From Octopus sinensis (lineage: Eukaryota): 64,000 nucleotides of DNA. The stretch's first letter is position 1; every line of letters starts with the position of its first letter. Of this stretch, positions 1 through 12,285 are shown in pieces. The notes beneath the pieces are model-generated. The model had not been told where the DNA came from. It saw only the letters and a program-made list of their open reading frames with translations, and made no database searches. A program made the position numbers and the translations under genes. The stretch covers positions 7,983-71,982 of the forward strand of contig NW_021836835.1 in assembly GCF_006345805.1 (NCBI RefSeq), written 5' to 3'.

Positions 1-215
1 TGTGTCTGAGTTTGTCTGTGTGAATGTAAGTGTGTGTGTACCTCTATATAAAAACACCGATTAATTTACGTACGCACATTAAAACTAATTGATAATTCCA
101 TTAGAATGATGGTTTTCAACATCATAACTACATAAACCTATCTGTTCTTGTGTTCTTATCTATTTCTCTCATCTGATTTTATTGTATTTTTTGTTTATAC
201 TTTGTTTTTTTACAG

Positions 216-287
216 GGATTCTTCTGATGTAGATCGTCGTGCTGTTCGTTATGATAAATTGAGCCGATTTTTACGAATCAATAACCG
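216..287 (+). CDS. Internal coding exon (72 nt) of an agatoxin-like/knottin peptide precursor, propeptide region DSSDVDRRAVRYDKLSRFLRINNR. Upstream exons, including the signal peptide, lie before the window
   Basis: Long pyrimidine tract ending TTTTTTACAG (AG 214-215); donor CG|GTAAGC at 288; open frame with a dibasic RR site; the 2-nt overhang CG joins exon 5084 in frame. Confidence 0.85.
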
Positions 288-880
288 GTAAGCATTTCAC
301 ATAATTTTCCCCTCGAATGAACGATAAAATATTGAATATGTTTAAAAAAGAGAACGTTGCCCACTATCACCACCACACGCTCTTTCTCTTCCTAAACTAC
401 TCTTTCTCTTTCTCATCATTTATTATCGACAAGTTTTAATTGTATTAAGCACGATGATGGACGTTCCTTATGTAGAGATCCTCCATTAATGCTTTTAAGA
501 ACATCAGAAATCAAAAAAAAATCACGCGCTATCATCCGTGTCTTCATTATGTTTTTTGGAAGTATTGCCAAGGTTCGTCTTACCATGCATTAATCACCGG
601 ATCCTGACAAAACGGTGTTTAATCCATATGCGATGAGGTTCCGTTGTAAGTACAGTCAAAGAGACATGCCTCGCAAGAGACTTACAAGAAGCATCAATAT
701 ATATGCAATTTGAATTTCGTTTCAGTCGAGTCGTTCATATATTCATATATGCGTTTATCTTTTAGCTTTAAATGTGTTCCCTTATCTTTCTCTTGTCAGC
801 TTCAATTTTATTTATTTGTAAATAACAATTAGCTTTATAATATATATACTTATAAAAATACATATATACATATATTTGTA

Positions 881-990
881 TATATAACGGAAGGCTTTAT
901 GAAAATAAACAAAAGACGAAGGCAGGTGGAATACAAACAAACAATTGTATTAGTATGGCGCTCAGGAATATAAATAAAACAAGTCTTTTA
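881..990 (-). mobile_element. Truncated copy of a Penelope-type terminal repeat
   Basis: Reverse complement is nearly identical to 25163-25270. Confidence 0.7.
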
Positions 991-1034
991 TTTGTATATA
1001 TACTTATATATATATATAATATATATGTATTGAA

Positions 1035-1356
1035 GGCGCATGGCTCAGTGGTTATAGCGTCGAGCTTACGATCGTGAGGTTGTGAGCTCGAATCCCGGAC
1101 CGGGTGCGTGTTGTGTTCTTGAGCATGGCACTTATTTCACGTTGCTCCAGTTCACTCAGCTGTAGAAATGAGTTGCGACGTCACAGGTGCCAGCTGTATC
1201 GACCTTTGTCTTTCCTGGATACTGGTGGCGTGGAGAGGGGAGGCTGGTATGCATGGGCGACTGCTGGTCTTCCATAAACACCCTTGCCCGGACTTGTGTC
1301 TGGGAGGGTAACTTCTGTGCAATCCCATGGTCATTCGTGACCGAAGGGGGTCTTTT
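1035..1356 (+). mobile_element. tRNA-derived SINE with CORE-like central domain, tail type A
   Basis: A-box TGGCTCAGTGG, B-box-like GCTCGAATCC, then TTCTTGAGCATGGCACTTATTTCACGTTGCTCCAGTTCACTCAGCTG shared with 9635-9897 and 10600-10914. Confidence 0.85.
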
Positions 1357-1789
1357 AATATATATGTAATTATATATATATATATATGTATACATATATA
1401 TCTATAATTATATATATACCTAAATATATACTTCTACATATATAACAAGTAGAATGATAAATTTTATTCAACGCGTAGATACTGAACAGTATATATTTAT
1501 AAAGGATAAAATCCTTTTTTAAAAGCGGAAAATTTGTCGGCTGGCGAAAATTCTTCTGCTTTTAAAAGATTTTATCCCTTATTTATATACTGTTCAGTAT
1601 CTACGCGTTGAATGAAATGTATCTTCCTACTTGTTTTACAATACATTTCAACGCTTCGAAAACAAACTTGTTTGCTTACATACGACGTAATTTATATATA
1701 TATATATATATTATAATATATAATATATATATGTGTGTGTGTGTGTTGTGTGTGTGTGTGTGTGTGTGTGGTATATAACGGTCGAGGAA

Positions 1790-3330
1790 AGCAATAAATA
1801 GAAACATGAAGAAACACCCTAACAAAGGCGTTACTAGTATAAAGTTTGAGAAGAAATGGAATCTCTCCTTAACGTTTCGGACACTATTCGTTCGTCAGGA
1901 AAAAGAAAATGGTGGAAAGTTGGTGGAAAGGTGTAAAAGAAAGGTGTAGAGTGCAAGTAGCGGATAAAAGTCCACAGCTTGGCCGTAGTCAGTAGGGAGA
2001 GTGAGGAGTATTAGTAAGAATGAAACGAGAAAGAAGACGAAGAAGATTATAGATCATAAGGGACTGGCTGCAGTGTAGAGAGTCAGAAAAAACTTGAGAG
2101 AACAACAAAATTACATATCATGAATGAGAAAAAACAAGAAAGAACACAACAGTTTCTAGTGATATCTTTTGTTCTCGCGTGCGCTTATACCTCTTCGTAT
2201 CTGCTTATGTATATAATTATCCATATTTCGCTATATTCTGAGATTTTCAACTATGGTTATATCCTTTCGATGTTCATATTTGGTTCTATACTTGCCTATT
2301 CATCTTTGTATGATTGTTATTCAGTTTTGATGATAATTCTCAATCGCTGGTTATATTCTTAGATCTTCAGCTTTTTTTTCATATTCTTTGTTGTTTAGCT
2401 TCGCTTATATTGTGTGGTTTATGTTTATTTATTCTCCGAATTCCTTATCTTTGTTTCAATCCATCAATATTTCATATTTATTTGTGTTCTTGGTTCATCA
2501 TCTTTGGCTCTGTTATTCATAATAGTTTCTTATAGTTTTGGTTCTTCAGATTTGTCTTGACACTTCGTTGTTTAATATTTTGCTAGATTGTCAGTTTTTT
2601 CATCGAAGGATAGTTATTCGTATTTGGTTTTGGTTTTGTTCACTTATGTTATATTTTATACACATTTTTACATATTTAGTATTATATTGTTCTTTCATAT
2701 TTGATAATATCAGCCGTTTGTTTAAGATTATCTTCCTTGATTTTTTTTTTATATATCTTCTTATTCTTTGATATCAATGAATAGTTATATACTCGGCTTT
2801 TTCATCTTCGAATACATTAACAGTACTTCACCTTTGATAATATTGTCATTCCTGAACTTTAAATTTATTCTATTTTCTTCACCTTCATACTTTTTGTTGC
2901 AGTCTACTTCGGTCGTCTAGTGTGATCGTCTGTTTATCTAGTGTGATCGTCAGTCTACTTCGGTCGTCTGCTGTGATCGTCTTCCTCTGTGGGACAACAG
3001 TTTATATTTTGATGTCGGTTTCGATATTTGTTTCTCTATTTATGTTTCTTACTATATTCAGCAATCAGATTTTGTTTACCGATTTTATCTTACTTCGCTA
3101 TGCTTCGATGCGCTCGTCATCGGTTATTAAATTCTTCTAACTTTATCAGGATGTGTATTTTATTGCGTTTTTGATATATATCTAGATTTCAACTTCGTTC
3201 CCTATTTTTCATTATCTAACCGAATTTTATATTTTTATCTTTGGTTAAATATCTTGTTAAGTTTCATGTTCTCGCATCTTTCTTGAAAATATTGAAGTAA
3301 CTCGGAGATTTTTATTAAAACAAATTGAAT
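1790..3330 (-). mobile_element. Highly decayed Penelope-like element, 3' region
   Basis: Minus strand carries CCTGACGA...CCGAAACGTT, typical of Penelope termini, with faint GIY-YIG-tail-like translation upstream; many stops. Confidence 0.35.
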
Positions 3331-3351
3331 ATTGTACATACCCGACTTTCT

Positions 3352-3578
3352 GGCACCCGCTCAAAATATTAGCTTCAAATTTTAGCACAAGGCCAGCAGT
3401 TTTACGAGAGGGCGTAAGTAGAATGCATTGACCGCAGTGTTCAGCTGGTACTTATTTTATCAACTCTGAACGATGAGAGGTAAAGTGGACCTGGGCGGAA
3501 TTAGAACCCAGAGCGTAAGGACGGAGGAAATGCCAAGCATTTTGCCTGGCGCGTTAATGGTTCTGCCAGTTAGCAGCC
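3352..3578 (-). mobile_element. Diverged SINE of the GGCGGCGAGCTGGCAGAA family
   Basis: Matches head, B-box and body of copies at 7053, 11745 and 30365. Confidence 0.75.
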
Positions 3579-3892
3579 CTTGGAATACTGATTTCTCTGA
3601 ACATTTTGAACTGAACAAAATTTAGTGTTTAATTGAAATATTCCAATCTGGGTCTCAATAATGACAAAATGGCGGGTTTTGTCAATCTTCCAATATGTGG
3701 AATAATGAATGTATGTAATTAGATGTGAAAAAATTTACTTTTATATATAGACACCTTCATCAAAGAACATGGATGCCATTTGGTAAATAGAACAAGCTAA
3801 TTAGTTAATTGCTTGATGAATAATTACTTAACTCTGATGTAAACAACATTCTACATTACTTCACTGATTGAGCTAAACATGAAACTACTAGC

Positions 3893-4148
<256 letters not shown>

Positions 4149-5083
4149 GACGATGCTGGCAAATGAAAGAACATGGCATTCAACACATTTCATAGAGTTA
4201 CATGTATTATTTAATAACAATTTCCCTCGATTCCACGCAGTATCATGAGTTACCTCGTTGCTCATATTGCCAGGCAGTAGAACTGTAAAAAAAAAAAAGA
4301 AATGTTTTCAAAGCAGCTTCTTAACCACACAGCTTTGTCGTGCCTAAAATAATTATACTTATAAGACTTGTACTGCAACCATTCATTCATCGTATCTAGA
4401 AGTTGTCATTCTGCGGTTGCTCTCCTAAAATTTTACTCGCCGAAAACTTTCTGTAAATTAATAATAATTGAGTTGGTAAGATGTTATTGTCCTGTAAAGA
4501 TGTTTCAACAACAAGATTATTATCAGTTCAAATATGTCTGCGGCATATTTGAACCCGCAAGAAAGCCATTCATTGAATTTTGTCATACAGAAAAGTTCTT
4601 AATTTCTTGCAGTATCACATATCATCGCCGCCAACCGGTAATTGATTTACAATCAACCGCCAGTTAGCGCTACCCGTCATTTTACGATGACTGGAATATC
4701 ACGAGAGTGCGACAATCTCTCTTATCAGCTCGCAGCGCCTCTGTCGGGTTTTTGTGACTGAAGAGTAGATAACTGCCCCAGAGCGCTTGCATATCACAGA
4801 CTGGGCAGGTGAAGCTACCGCGAGAAATTTTCATGACAAAACAGTGAATGGCTTTTGTTACGGGTTCGAATATGCCCCAAGTATATATAAACTGGTAGTA
4901 ACCTTGTATTAATTCACCTCACTGCTTAGTGCTACTAACCTGTAAAAATTGTTATGTTGTTTATCCTTTTCTAGATCCTTAAATCCTTAAAAATGTTTTA
5001 GCCCGAAGGCTGCGGCCGTGCTGGGGCACCACCGCTGTAAAACTTTTTTTAATTCTTTCTTTCTATTTTTGTTTTATTTCCAG

Positions 5084-5237
5084 AGGAAAAAGTAAGTCAC
5101 ACAAGAACAGCTGCTCCAAATGGCAAATGGCGTGCACGACCAGCTCGAAGAGACCCGACGCTCGTTGCTGTTCAGGCCTTGTCTGTAAATGTAACATCTG
5201 GGGCGCGAACTGCCGGTGTGATGATACTCTTGGATAG
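5084..5237 (+). CDS. Terminal coding exon: agatoxin-like peptide (ALP) / inhibitor-cystine-knot domain GKSKSHKNSCSKWQMACTTSSKRPDARCCSGLVCKCNIWGANCRCDDTLG*
   Basis: Strong acceptor (TTTCTTTCTATTTTTGTTTTATTTCCAG); framework C-x6-C-x10-CC-x4-C-x-C-x6-C-x-C; CNIWGANCRC closely resembles the CNLWGxNCRC motif of arthropod ALPs; Gly before the TAG stop (5235-5237). Confidence 0.9.
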
Positions 5238-5664
5238 ATTTTCATTCGTCAACTTGTTGTCACGTGATAAGAAGTCTGCAGCGGCAAACGATGGTACAAT
5301 ATCAGAACAGTTTAGTTTACTTGAAAAGACAAGTCTTCTTCAGTAACACACAAACAAACAAAAAGAACATGCATATTAAAATACAATAACAACAATAGTA
5401 AAAACTAGTAATACTCTTTTACTTCTACTAATACAGCAACTACTAATGCTACTACATTTATTAATACGAACACGAATTACCAATTAAAACACTCGTCACC
5501 AACAACAACATCAACAAACATAAACAAACATCACTTACATGCCGGCAGCATTTTGTGTTATTTTTGATTTCGGATGGAAGTAAAATATCATTTGTTGAAG
5601 AAGAGAAAGCAAGTAGAGGAAGAGGAAGAGGAAGACTGTTAATTGTTTAATTATCCTAATTTAG

Positions 5665-5670
5665 AATAAA
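5665..5670 (+). promoter_or_regulatory. Candidate polyadenylation signal for the knottin gene
   Basis: AATAAA about 430 nt after the stop; other ATTAAA/AATAAA hexamers are nearby, so the site used is uncertain. Confidence 0.35.
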
Positions 5671-5896
5671 GCAAATTTATGGTTGTTATTAATCCTTCAA
5701 ATTCTATTAGAGTCATAAATAAAGAATTACATCAATCCATAAAAAAAAAGAATCTTCTGAGTTTTGTTTTTGGTCGTTGGATCGGTATTTTGGCGAGGTG
5801 TTTGTTTACACTTTACTTTGCAGTTTCACACTTTAAGAAGATGTTGCTGTTGTTTTATTCTCAAGACTTGGAGACTGAATAACTATAATACATGTA

Positions 5897-6463
5897 TTGG
5901 GTTGTCCGGAAAGTTCATGCCGATTTATAGCAGCTTACCTTTCGACTTATTTTAGAACATGGTTGAGTCCATTAAATAGGATTTGACTACACCTCCATTT
6001 AGAGCACAGTTTAAGCCATCTTTTCGTGGAAGAAGGTTTATGTTTCTATAACCTGTGTTAATTCTGTAACCATTTAAAATGGAAGATAAGAAAGTTCATT
6101 TTCGGTACTTGATGCTTTGGGAACTAGACAAAAATTGCTGCATCTCAGCTGGGATGTGTTACCCCACCTTCCATATTCCCCAGATATTTCTCCTTCGGAT
6201 TTCCACTTATTCAGGTCTCTGCAGAATAGTCTTAATGGTAAAAATTTCAATTCCTTGGATGACGTAAAAAGATACCTCGATGAATTCTTTGCCATAAAAC
6301 CACCTCAAATTCTGGGAAGAGGGTATTTTCAAGTTAAAGGAAAGATGGAGGTGCATTGTGCAACAAAATGGTTCACATTTGGTTGATTAAAAATGTAATG
6401 GCAAGTATTTATTGACCTTTTTCTTTCCTTTAAAAATCGGCACCAACTTTCCGGACAACCCAA
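5897..6463 (+). mobile_element. Internally deleted mariner (mellifera-subfamily-like), non-autonomous, both TIRs intact
   Basis: TA|TTGGGTTGTCCGGAAAGTT...AACTTTCCGGACAACCCAA|TA; N-terminal MEDKKVHFRYLMLWE fused to C-terminal LSWDVLPHLPYSPDISPSDFHLFRSLQNSLNGKNF (YSPDL motif). Confidence 0.92.
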
Positions 6464-7052
6464 TAATTCAAAGAATCTGAACACTTATATTCCGTCTACG
6501 ATATCATTAAGCATCAAGTTCTTCTATTCTGTTTTAAAGAATGTAAGGTTTTCATTTAGGAAATATCTCTTACAAGCTGATTATTGCCAGGTTGAATTTA
6601 AATGTTGTCAGTCGACGTTCGAATTCTCTTTACCCTTCAGCACTTAAACTGGACATATCAGACCAAAATATACGATTGTTTCATGCTCAAACTGGCCAAT
6701 TCTGGCCTCTCACACCTACCCACCCTACGGTGTCATTTTAAACCAAACAATCACATCATGGAAATTTGAAAGCTAAAAGATACTGCATGATTAAGTCAAG
6801 ACAATGTTAATAAGAAAAAAGTTTCACATTTGAGAGAAGAATCTGAATGCTAAAGAAATCATTCTATGGTTTCGAACTACAATGATAACATAAAAAAAAC
6901 GATATACAACTTTTTAAACGCATAAATACATAAAAGCAGGAAAACCTATGAAAACAGACAAATAGTCAGTGCATTCGCTTATTTGGTGAGAGTTTAATCA
7001 TTCTACCCAATGAATATCTGCTTTTGCTCCTATATCATTGCCTTATCTGCAA

Positions 7053-7314
7053 GTGGTGAGCTGGCAGAACTATTAGCACGCGAACTGGCAGAAACATTAG
7101 CACGACGGGGGCGAAATGCTTTGCGGTATTTCGTCTGCCGCTACGTTCTGAGTTCAAATTCCGCCGAGGTCGACTTTGCCTTTACTCCTTTCGGGATCGA
7201 TAAATTAAGTACCAGTTACAAACTGGGGTCGATGTAATCGACTTAATTCGTTTTTCTGTCCTTGTTTAGCCCCTTGTGGGTATTGAAGAAATAGGTATTT
7301 CGTCTGCCGCTACG

Positions 7315-7316
<2 letters not shown>
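7053..7316 (+). mobile_element. SINE (GAGCTGGCAGAA family) with duplicated head and the start of a second body unit
   Basis: GAGCTGGCAGAA...GTTCAAATTCCGCCGAGGTCGACTTTGCC; ends with a repeat of GGTATTTCGTCTGCCGCTACG. Confidence 0.88.
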
Positions 7317-7364
<48 letters not shown>

Positions 7365-7365
<1 letters not shown>

Positions 7366-7500
7366 ACGGGCCCTCCTTCAGTTTTCGCTAGCTATCTATA
7401 TCTACAAGGTATTAGTCAGCCCGGGGCTATAGTAGAAGATATTCATCCAAGGTGCCGTACCGTGTGACCGAAAGCATGTTACCACCCAGCCATACTACCC
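7365..7500 (-). mobile_element. Fragment of the AGGAGTGGCTGTGTGG SINE family
   Basis: Similar to 34119-34573. Confidence 0.6.
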
Positions 7501-7899
7501 CCTACACAAGCTATGCCTGCATCTGAAACACCAAATATTTTCAGCAAAAGAACAGACGATCTTATCCACGTTCTGTAAATTCAATCTGTAAATGATAAAG
7601 TTAAAACAAGCATATTTACGGTTGTCGTTAACTAAATTCCGCCTATTGTATGATTGACGAATGAGCTATTCGATTATTGTTTTTATTGAATTTGGGACAT
7701 TCCATTTAAGCAATTAATTTTAGTTCAGTGAAATGCATATTTGAAGTGGGCGCCAGAGTGGTGCCTCTGTAGTATACACCATTTTCATGATGTATAATCA
7801 CCAATAAATTTCAACAAAAATGAGAGACTAGGAGTACAACTAAAGATGAAAAGCAAAGTCTATAACCAACGACGAACACCTAAATTCCTTTCTTTATAA

Positions 7900-8025
7900 A
7901 ACGATTTCTAATCAGTTCGATCCCGAAAATATGAAAGGCAAATTCGACCTTGGTGGTACCTGAAATTAGAACGTAAAGACGGATGAAATGCCCGAGGGGG
8001 TAACGATTCTGCCAGTTCGCCCCCT
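7900..8025 (-). mobile_element. Diverged GAGCTGGCAGAA-family SINE fragment
   Basis: GGCAAATTCGACCT...AGAACGTAAAGACGG...TTCTGCCAGTTCGCC. Confidence 0.65.
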
Positions 8026-8057
8026 TAACGATTTGTAATTATCGATAGAGAGGCACC

Positions 8058-8195
8058 AGGTGCATGGCCTAGTGATTAAGGTGTTGCGCTGACGATCACG
8101 AGATCGTTATTTCATTTCCTAGACCGGGTGGTGTGTTGTGTTCTTCAGCAAGACACTTCATCACAGTTTGCTCTGCGATTACTTCGACTCCTGGC
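8058..8195 (+). mobile_element. tRNA/CORE SINE head fragment
   Basis: GGCCTAGTGATTAAGG...TTGTGTTCTTCAGCAAGACACTT. Confidence 0.6.
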
Positions 8196-8284
8196 TGCAC
8201 CTGAAACAAAAATAACAACAACAAAAGAAAAAAATACGCTCGCCTCCCAGTTACGCCTTTTGTTACTGCACCAACGTAACTCAA

Positions 8285-8874
8285 TGAATCTTGCATGTAG
8301 AAAATCAGCCAGTGTAATGAAATCCTGAAACCTCTGAATCCATTTGTCGAGCTGTTTTTGATTTTTCCGATCACATGCAAATGGTTGCAGGCAGTTTTCT
8401 GGCTAACTTGAAGTTTATTTTGCCAGTTCTCGAGTTGTTTACGTCGATCTTTCTCAATGATAGTCTTTACTTGACCCTCATCGATGACAGATGGGCGTCC
8501 ACTTAAGCTCACAAACTTCAAGGCTCAGATCTCCACTGCGAAATCGTTTAAACCATTTTCGAGTTGTCCAGTTACTGGTCATTTCCTCACCAAACGTTTC
8601 GTTGAAATCGCGCGTGGTTTCAGCTGCTTTACGTCCATTTTTGAAGTTGAATAGCAAAATTGCTCGAACATCGTGCTTTGACAGTTCCATTTCGGATGAT
8701 TATAAGAACGATGAAAAAATATTAATGTTAATTTATTGATGCATTTGGGCAAGTCTATGACTGTATTATCAGACAACTGCAAACGAAATGTTTTTAAAAA
8801 ATTTCAAAACCCTGCAAAAATCCAGTACAAATTCTTCATTGTTCAAAGCATTGCTTACTTTTTACTCAACCTGA
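8285..8874 (-). mobile_element. 5' half of an Hsmar1/cecropia-like mariner with frameshifted transposase N-terminus
   Basis: MELSKHDVRAILLFNFKNGRKAAETTRDFNETFGEE...WFKRFRSGDLSL...GRPS; 5' TIR TA|TCAGGTTGAGTAAAAAGTAAGC on the minus strand. Confidence 0.88.
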
Positions 8875-8879
8875 TACTT

Positions 8880-9000
<121 letters not shown>

Positions 9001-9434
9001 CTAATATGAAATTCTATATGAATTTAAACTACTAGAACTCACGGTGGGTATATTCAAGCGATGGGCTAAAGAGTGAGCACTAATAAAAGATCCGAATATT
9101 TTTCTAGGCATTAGAACCTTGAGCACTGTTTGAACAATATATATTAGCGCCAGAGGCAGATTTAATAGTTATCCTCATTTAAATGTGGATGTTGTGTTAT
9201 GAGAAACTTTACTGCGGTAGATACTCTGAGAGAAAATCTCATTTCGGCATTTGGTGCCAAATACATTTTTTCTTATATCGCTTAAAGGGAGATAAATCCC
9301 TGCGACTTCCAGCGCCGAAACGTGGTTTCCACCTTTCTTTGTCTCGTCAATGATGGACGCTCGTCCGCTAGAAATAGTAGAGAGATAACCAAGTGTGCAT
9401 TTTGCACCAGCAGACAATATGAGATTTTTCACTC

Positions 9435-9605
9435 ATGTAAAGCAATGTTTTGAACCATGAAGAATTTGCACCGGATTTTTGCAGGGTTTTGAAACTTTTT
9501 AAAATTTTTTGTTGTTTTTTTGTTAGTTTTTGGGTTCTTGTTTTTTTTTTGCAATTGTCTGGTAATACAGACAACGACTTGCCGAAATGCATCAATAAAT
9601 TAACA
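9435..9605 (+). mobile_element. Second, inverted copy of the 5' UTR of the same mariner family
   Basis: Reverse complement aligns to 8725-8860. Confidence 0.75.
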
Positions 9606-9634
9606 GTAAAGTTTGTTCTAACAGAACATTTATG

Positions 9635-9897
9635 CTTCTTCTTCTTCCTTGCGCCCTTTTTAAAGCCTAGCCAGGCTCAAAGGTCCGGTTTCCCGGTTTC
9701 AATGGCGTATGTGTTCCCCAGCTGGACGGGACGTCAGTCCATCGCAGCGTTACTCATTTTTGCCAGCTGAGAAGACTGGAGCAACGTGAAATGAAGTGTT
9801 TTGCTCAAGAACACAACGCGTCGCCGGTCCAAGAATCGAAACCACAATCTTACGCTCATGATGCTGACACCCTAACCACTAAGCCACGCGCCTCCAC
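9635..9897 (-). mobile_element. Full-length tRNA/CORE SINE, tail type B with (AAG)n end and 10-bp target-site duplication
   Basis: AACATTTATG at 9625-9634 and 9898-9907; A/B boxes; CORE-like domain. Confidence 0.92.
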
Positions 9898-10204
9898 AAC
9901 ATTTATGTTTAAGTGAGAATAAATTGTTAGAACAGAAATACCAGTCATCCATATGATTACCAACCTCATACGATTCCAAAGACATTTCGATGTCTCAATA
10001 TTGCTTTTTACTATGATTTCATTTTCTCAAAACCTGTGATACACAAGAAAACGGTTTTTAATGCGTGATTTTCTCTTGATCATTTAAATTCATTGTAAAG
10101 TAAAAGCGTAATAAACTACTTATCTAAGATTACTATACTTAGTTTTTTTACTTTCTATCAACAAATAAATAATATATATATATATATTATATATATATAT
10201 ATAT

Positions 10205-10255
<51 letters not shown>

Positions 10256-10599
10256 ATATATATATATTATAAATGGCTCTGCAACATCTAGAAGCAATTT
10301 TTGGACCATAAATTCACTTTATGAATTATATCTTCAAATACGGGAAAATCAATTAGGTTACTTTTAAGCTGATATTATATGTGTTATTTAAACTTTATAT
10401 AATATACATTAAAAATGGATTTGCTGTTCGTTAATCGGATAAATGTTCACAAAAGGTACAAAAGTTGCAACGTATGAACAAATTATTTTATTAAAAGCAT
10501 TAAAAGCGAAAATGATGTGATAAACGGAGATCATTAACGTAATATGCATGTGTGTGTGTGTATGTGTGTGCATGCATGTTGATATATGTGTGTGTAAGT

Positions 10600-10914
10600 G
10601 GGGCGTGGCTTAGTGGTTAGGGCATTCGCTCATGATCGTAAGGTTGTGAGTTCGATTCCCGCGACGCGTGTGTCCTTGAGCAAGACACTTTATTTCACGT
10701 TGCTCCAGTCCACTCAGCTGGCAAAAATGAGTTGTACTTGTATTTCAAAGGGTCAGCCTTGTCACTCTCTGTGTCACGCTGATTATCCCCGAGAACTACG
10801 TTAAGGGTACACGTGTCTGTGGAATGCTCAGCCATTTGCACGTTAATTTCACGAGCAAGCTGTTCCGTTGATCGTATCAGCTGGACCCTCGTCGTCGTAA
10901 CCGGCGGAGTCTTT
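10600..10914 (+). mobile_element. tRNA/CORE SINE, tail type C
   Basis: GGCGTGGCTTAGTGG, GTTCGATTCC, CCTTGAGCAAGACACTT...CCAGTCCACTCAGCTG. Confidence 0.88.
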
Positions 10915-10983
10915 AGATATGTGTGTGTATGTGTGTCTGTGTCTGTGTGAGCATATATGCACTTGTTTGGATGTAAAGATGTG

Positions 10984-11015
<32 letters not shown>

Positions 11016-11744
11016 CATATACATACATAGGTGTATGTAGGAATGTATGTATATATATGATATATATGTATGTGTATATAAAATATATTATATATATATA
11101 TATATTATATATATATATAAGCATACACATACACGCACCACATAGATACATATTTATATATATATATATATATACGGACACACACGCACAAATACGTAGT
11201 GTATTGTAGCATTCATTATTGAATTGGATATTCTTATTTGCTTGACAGTGTCAACTGTCATAGAAACCAAATGTTTAGCGCTACCTTTTCGTGTGAAATC
11301 TTGTGATAGAGATACGTGAATAAATTATACTGACGAAAACAATAGCAAGAGATTCGATGCTGACTCTCAATAAGAATTACGACGTAGTTCATTGATGGTC
11401 AAACGGAAATCTGCGGGATTTTCTGGATGGCAAAACCAACCAATGATTAGCTCGATTCCTTTTCTTTGTAGCGGTCCTCATAATGATACGCCATATCTCT
11501 CGCAGTCCGCCTGCCCTGGTGATAGTCCATGTCTCTTCCAGCCCACGCCTGCTCTAGGCTGTATCATCTCCCCTAAAGACAAGAGGGAAAGAAATTCTGC
11601 ACATAACATATCCCCTATAACTAATTCTAATAATGCTCTATTACAAAATTCTCAACAAGAACTATGATTAGGATAATAATTACATCCTAACTAATTGAAT
11701 TTTATTTTCTAAATGGCTTGTCACTCTGACGTATTCTTTTCTAC

Positions 11745-12060
11745 TTAATTTATCGACCCCGAAAGGATAAAAGGCAAAGTCGACCTCGGCGGAATTTGAA
11801 CTCAGAACGTAAAGAAAGGCAAATACCTATTTCTTTATTACCCACAAGGAGCTACACACAGAAGAGACAAACAAGAACTGTGAAACGGATTAAGTCGATT
11901 ATATCGACCCCAGTGCGTAACTGGTACTTATTTAATCGACCACGAAAGAATGAAAGGGAAAGTCGACCTCGGCGGAATTTGAACTCAGAACGTAGCGGCA
12001 AACGAAATACTGCTGAGCATTTCGCCCGGCGTCTCAAACGTTTCTGCCAGTTCGCCGCCT
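11745..12060 (-). mobile_element. GAGCTGGCAGAA-family SINE with a partial second body unit
   Basis: GCAAAGTCGACCTCGGCGGAATTTGAACTCAGAACGTA-type segment occurs twice. Confidence 0.88.
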
Positions 12061-12105
12061 TGTAGCTATATCGTATTTTAACATCGATTTAAACAGATAC
12101 ATTAA

Positions 12106-12143
<38 letters not shown>

Positions 12144-12237
12144 TAATCCAAACAAGAAGAGACTTGCCCAAGGTGTCACACACACACAGACACCGACACA
12201 GAGAGACACATACACACACGCACTATTATATATATAT

Positions 12238-12284
<47 letters not shown>

Positions 12285-12285
<1 letters not shown>

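Noticed and set aside
1035-1110. tRNA gene calls for SINE heads (also 9830-9897, 10600-10670)
   Set aside because: No complete cloverleaf or acceptor stem; they continue into SINE bodies
4613-4637. Possible 25-nt cassette exon (TTTCTTGCAG|...AACCG|GTAATT) in the knottin intron
   Set aside because: Not a multiple of 3; inclusion would stop translation before the knottin; no further support
5063-5245. Minus-strand 60-aa ORF in the track
   Set aside because: It is the antisense shadow of the knottin exon; the + frame has splice signals and a recognisable Cys framework
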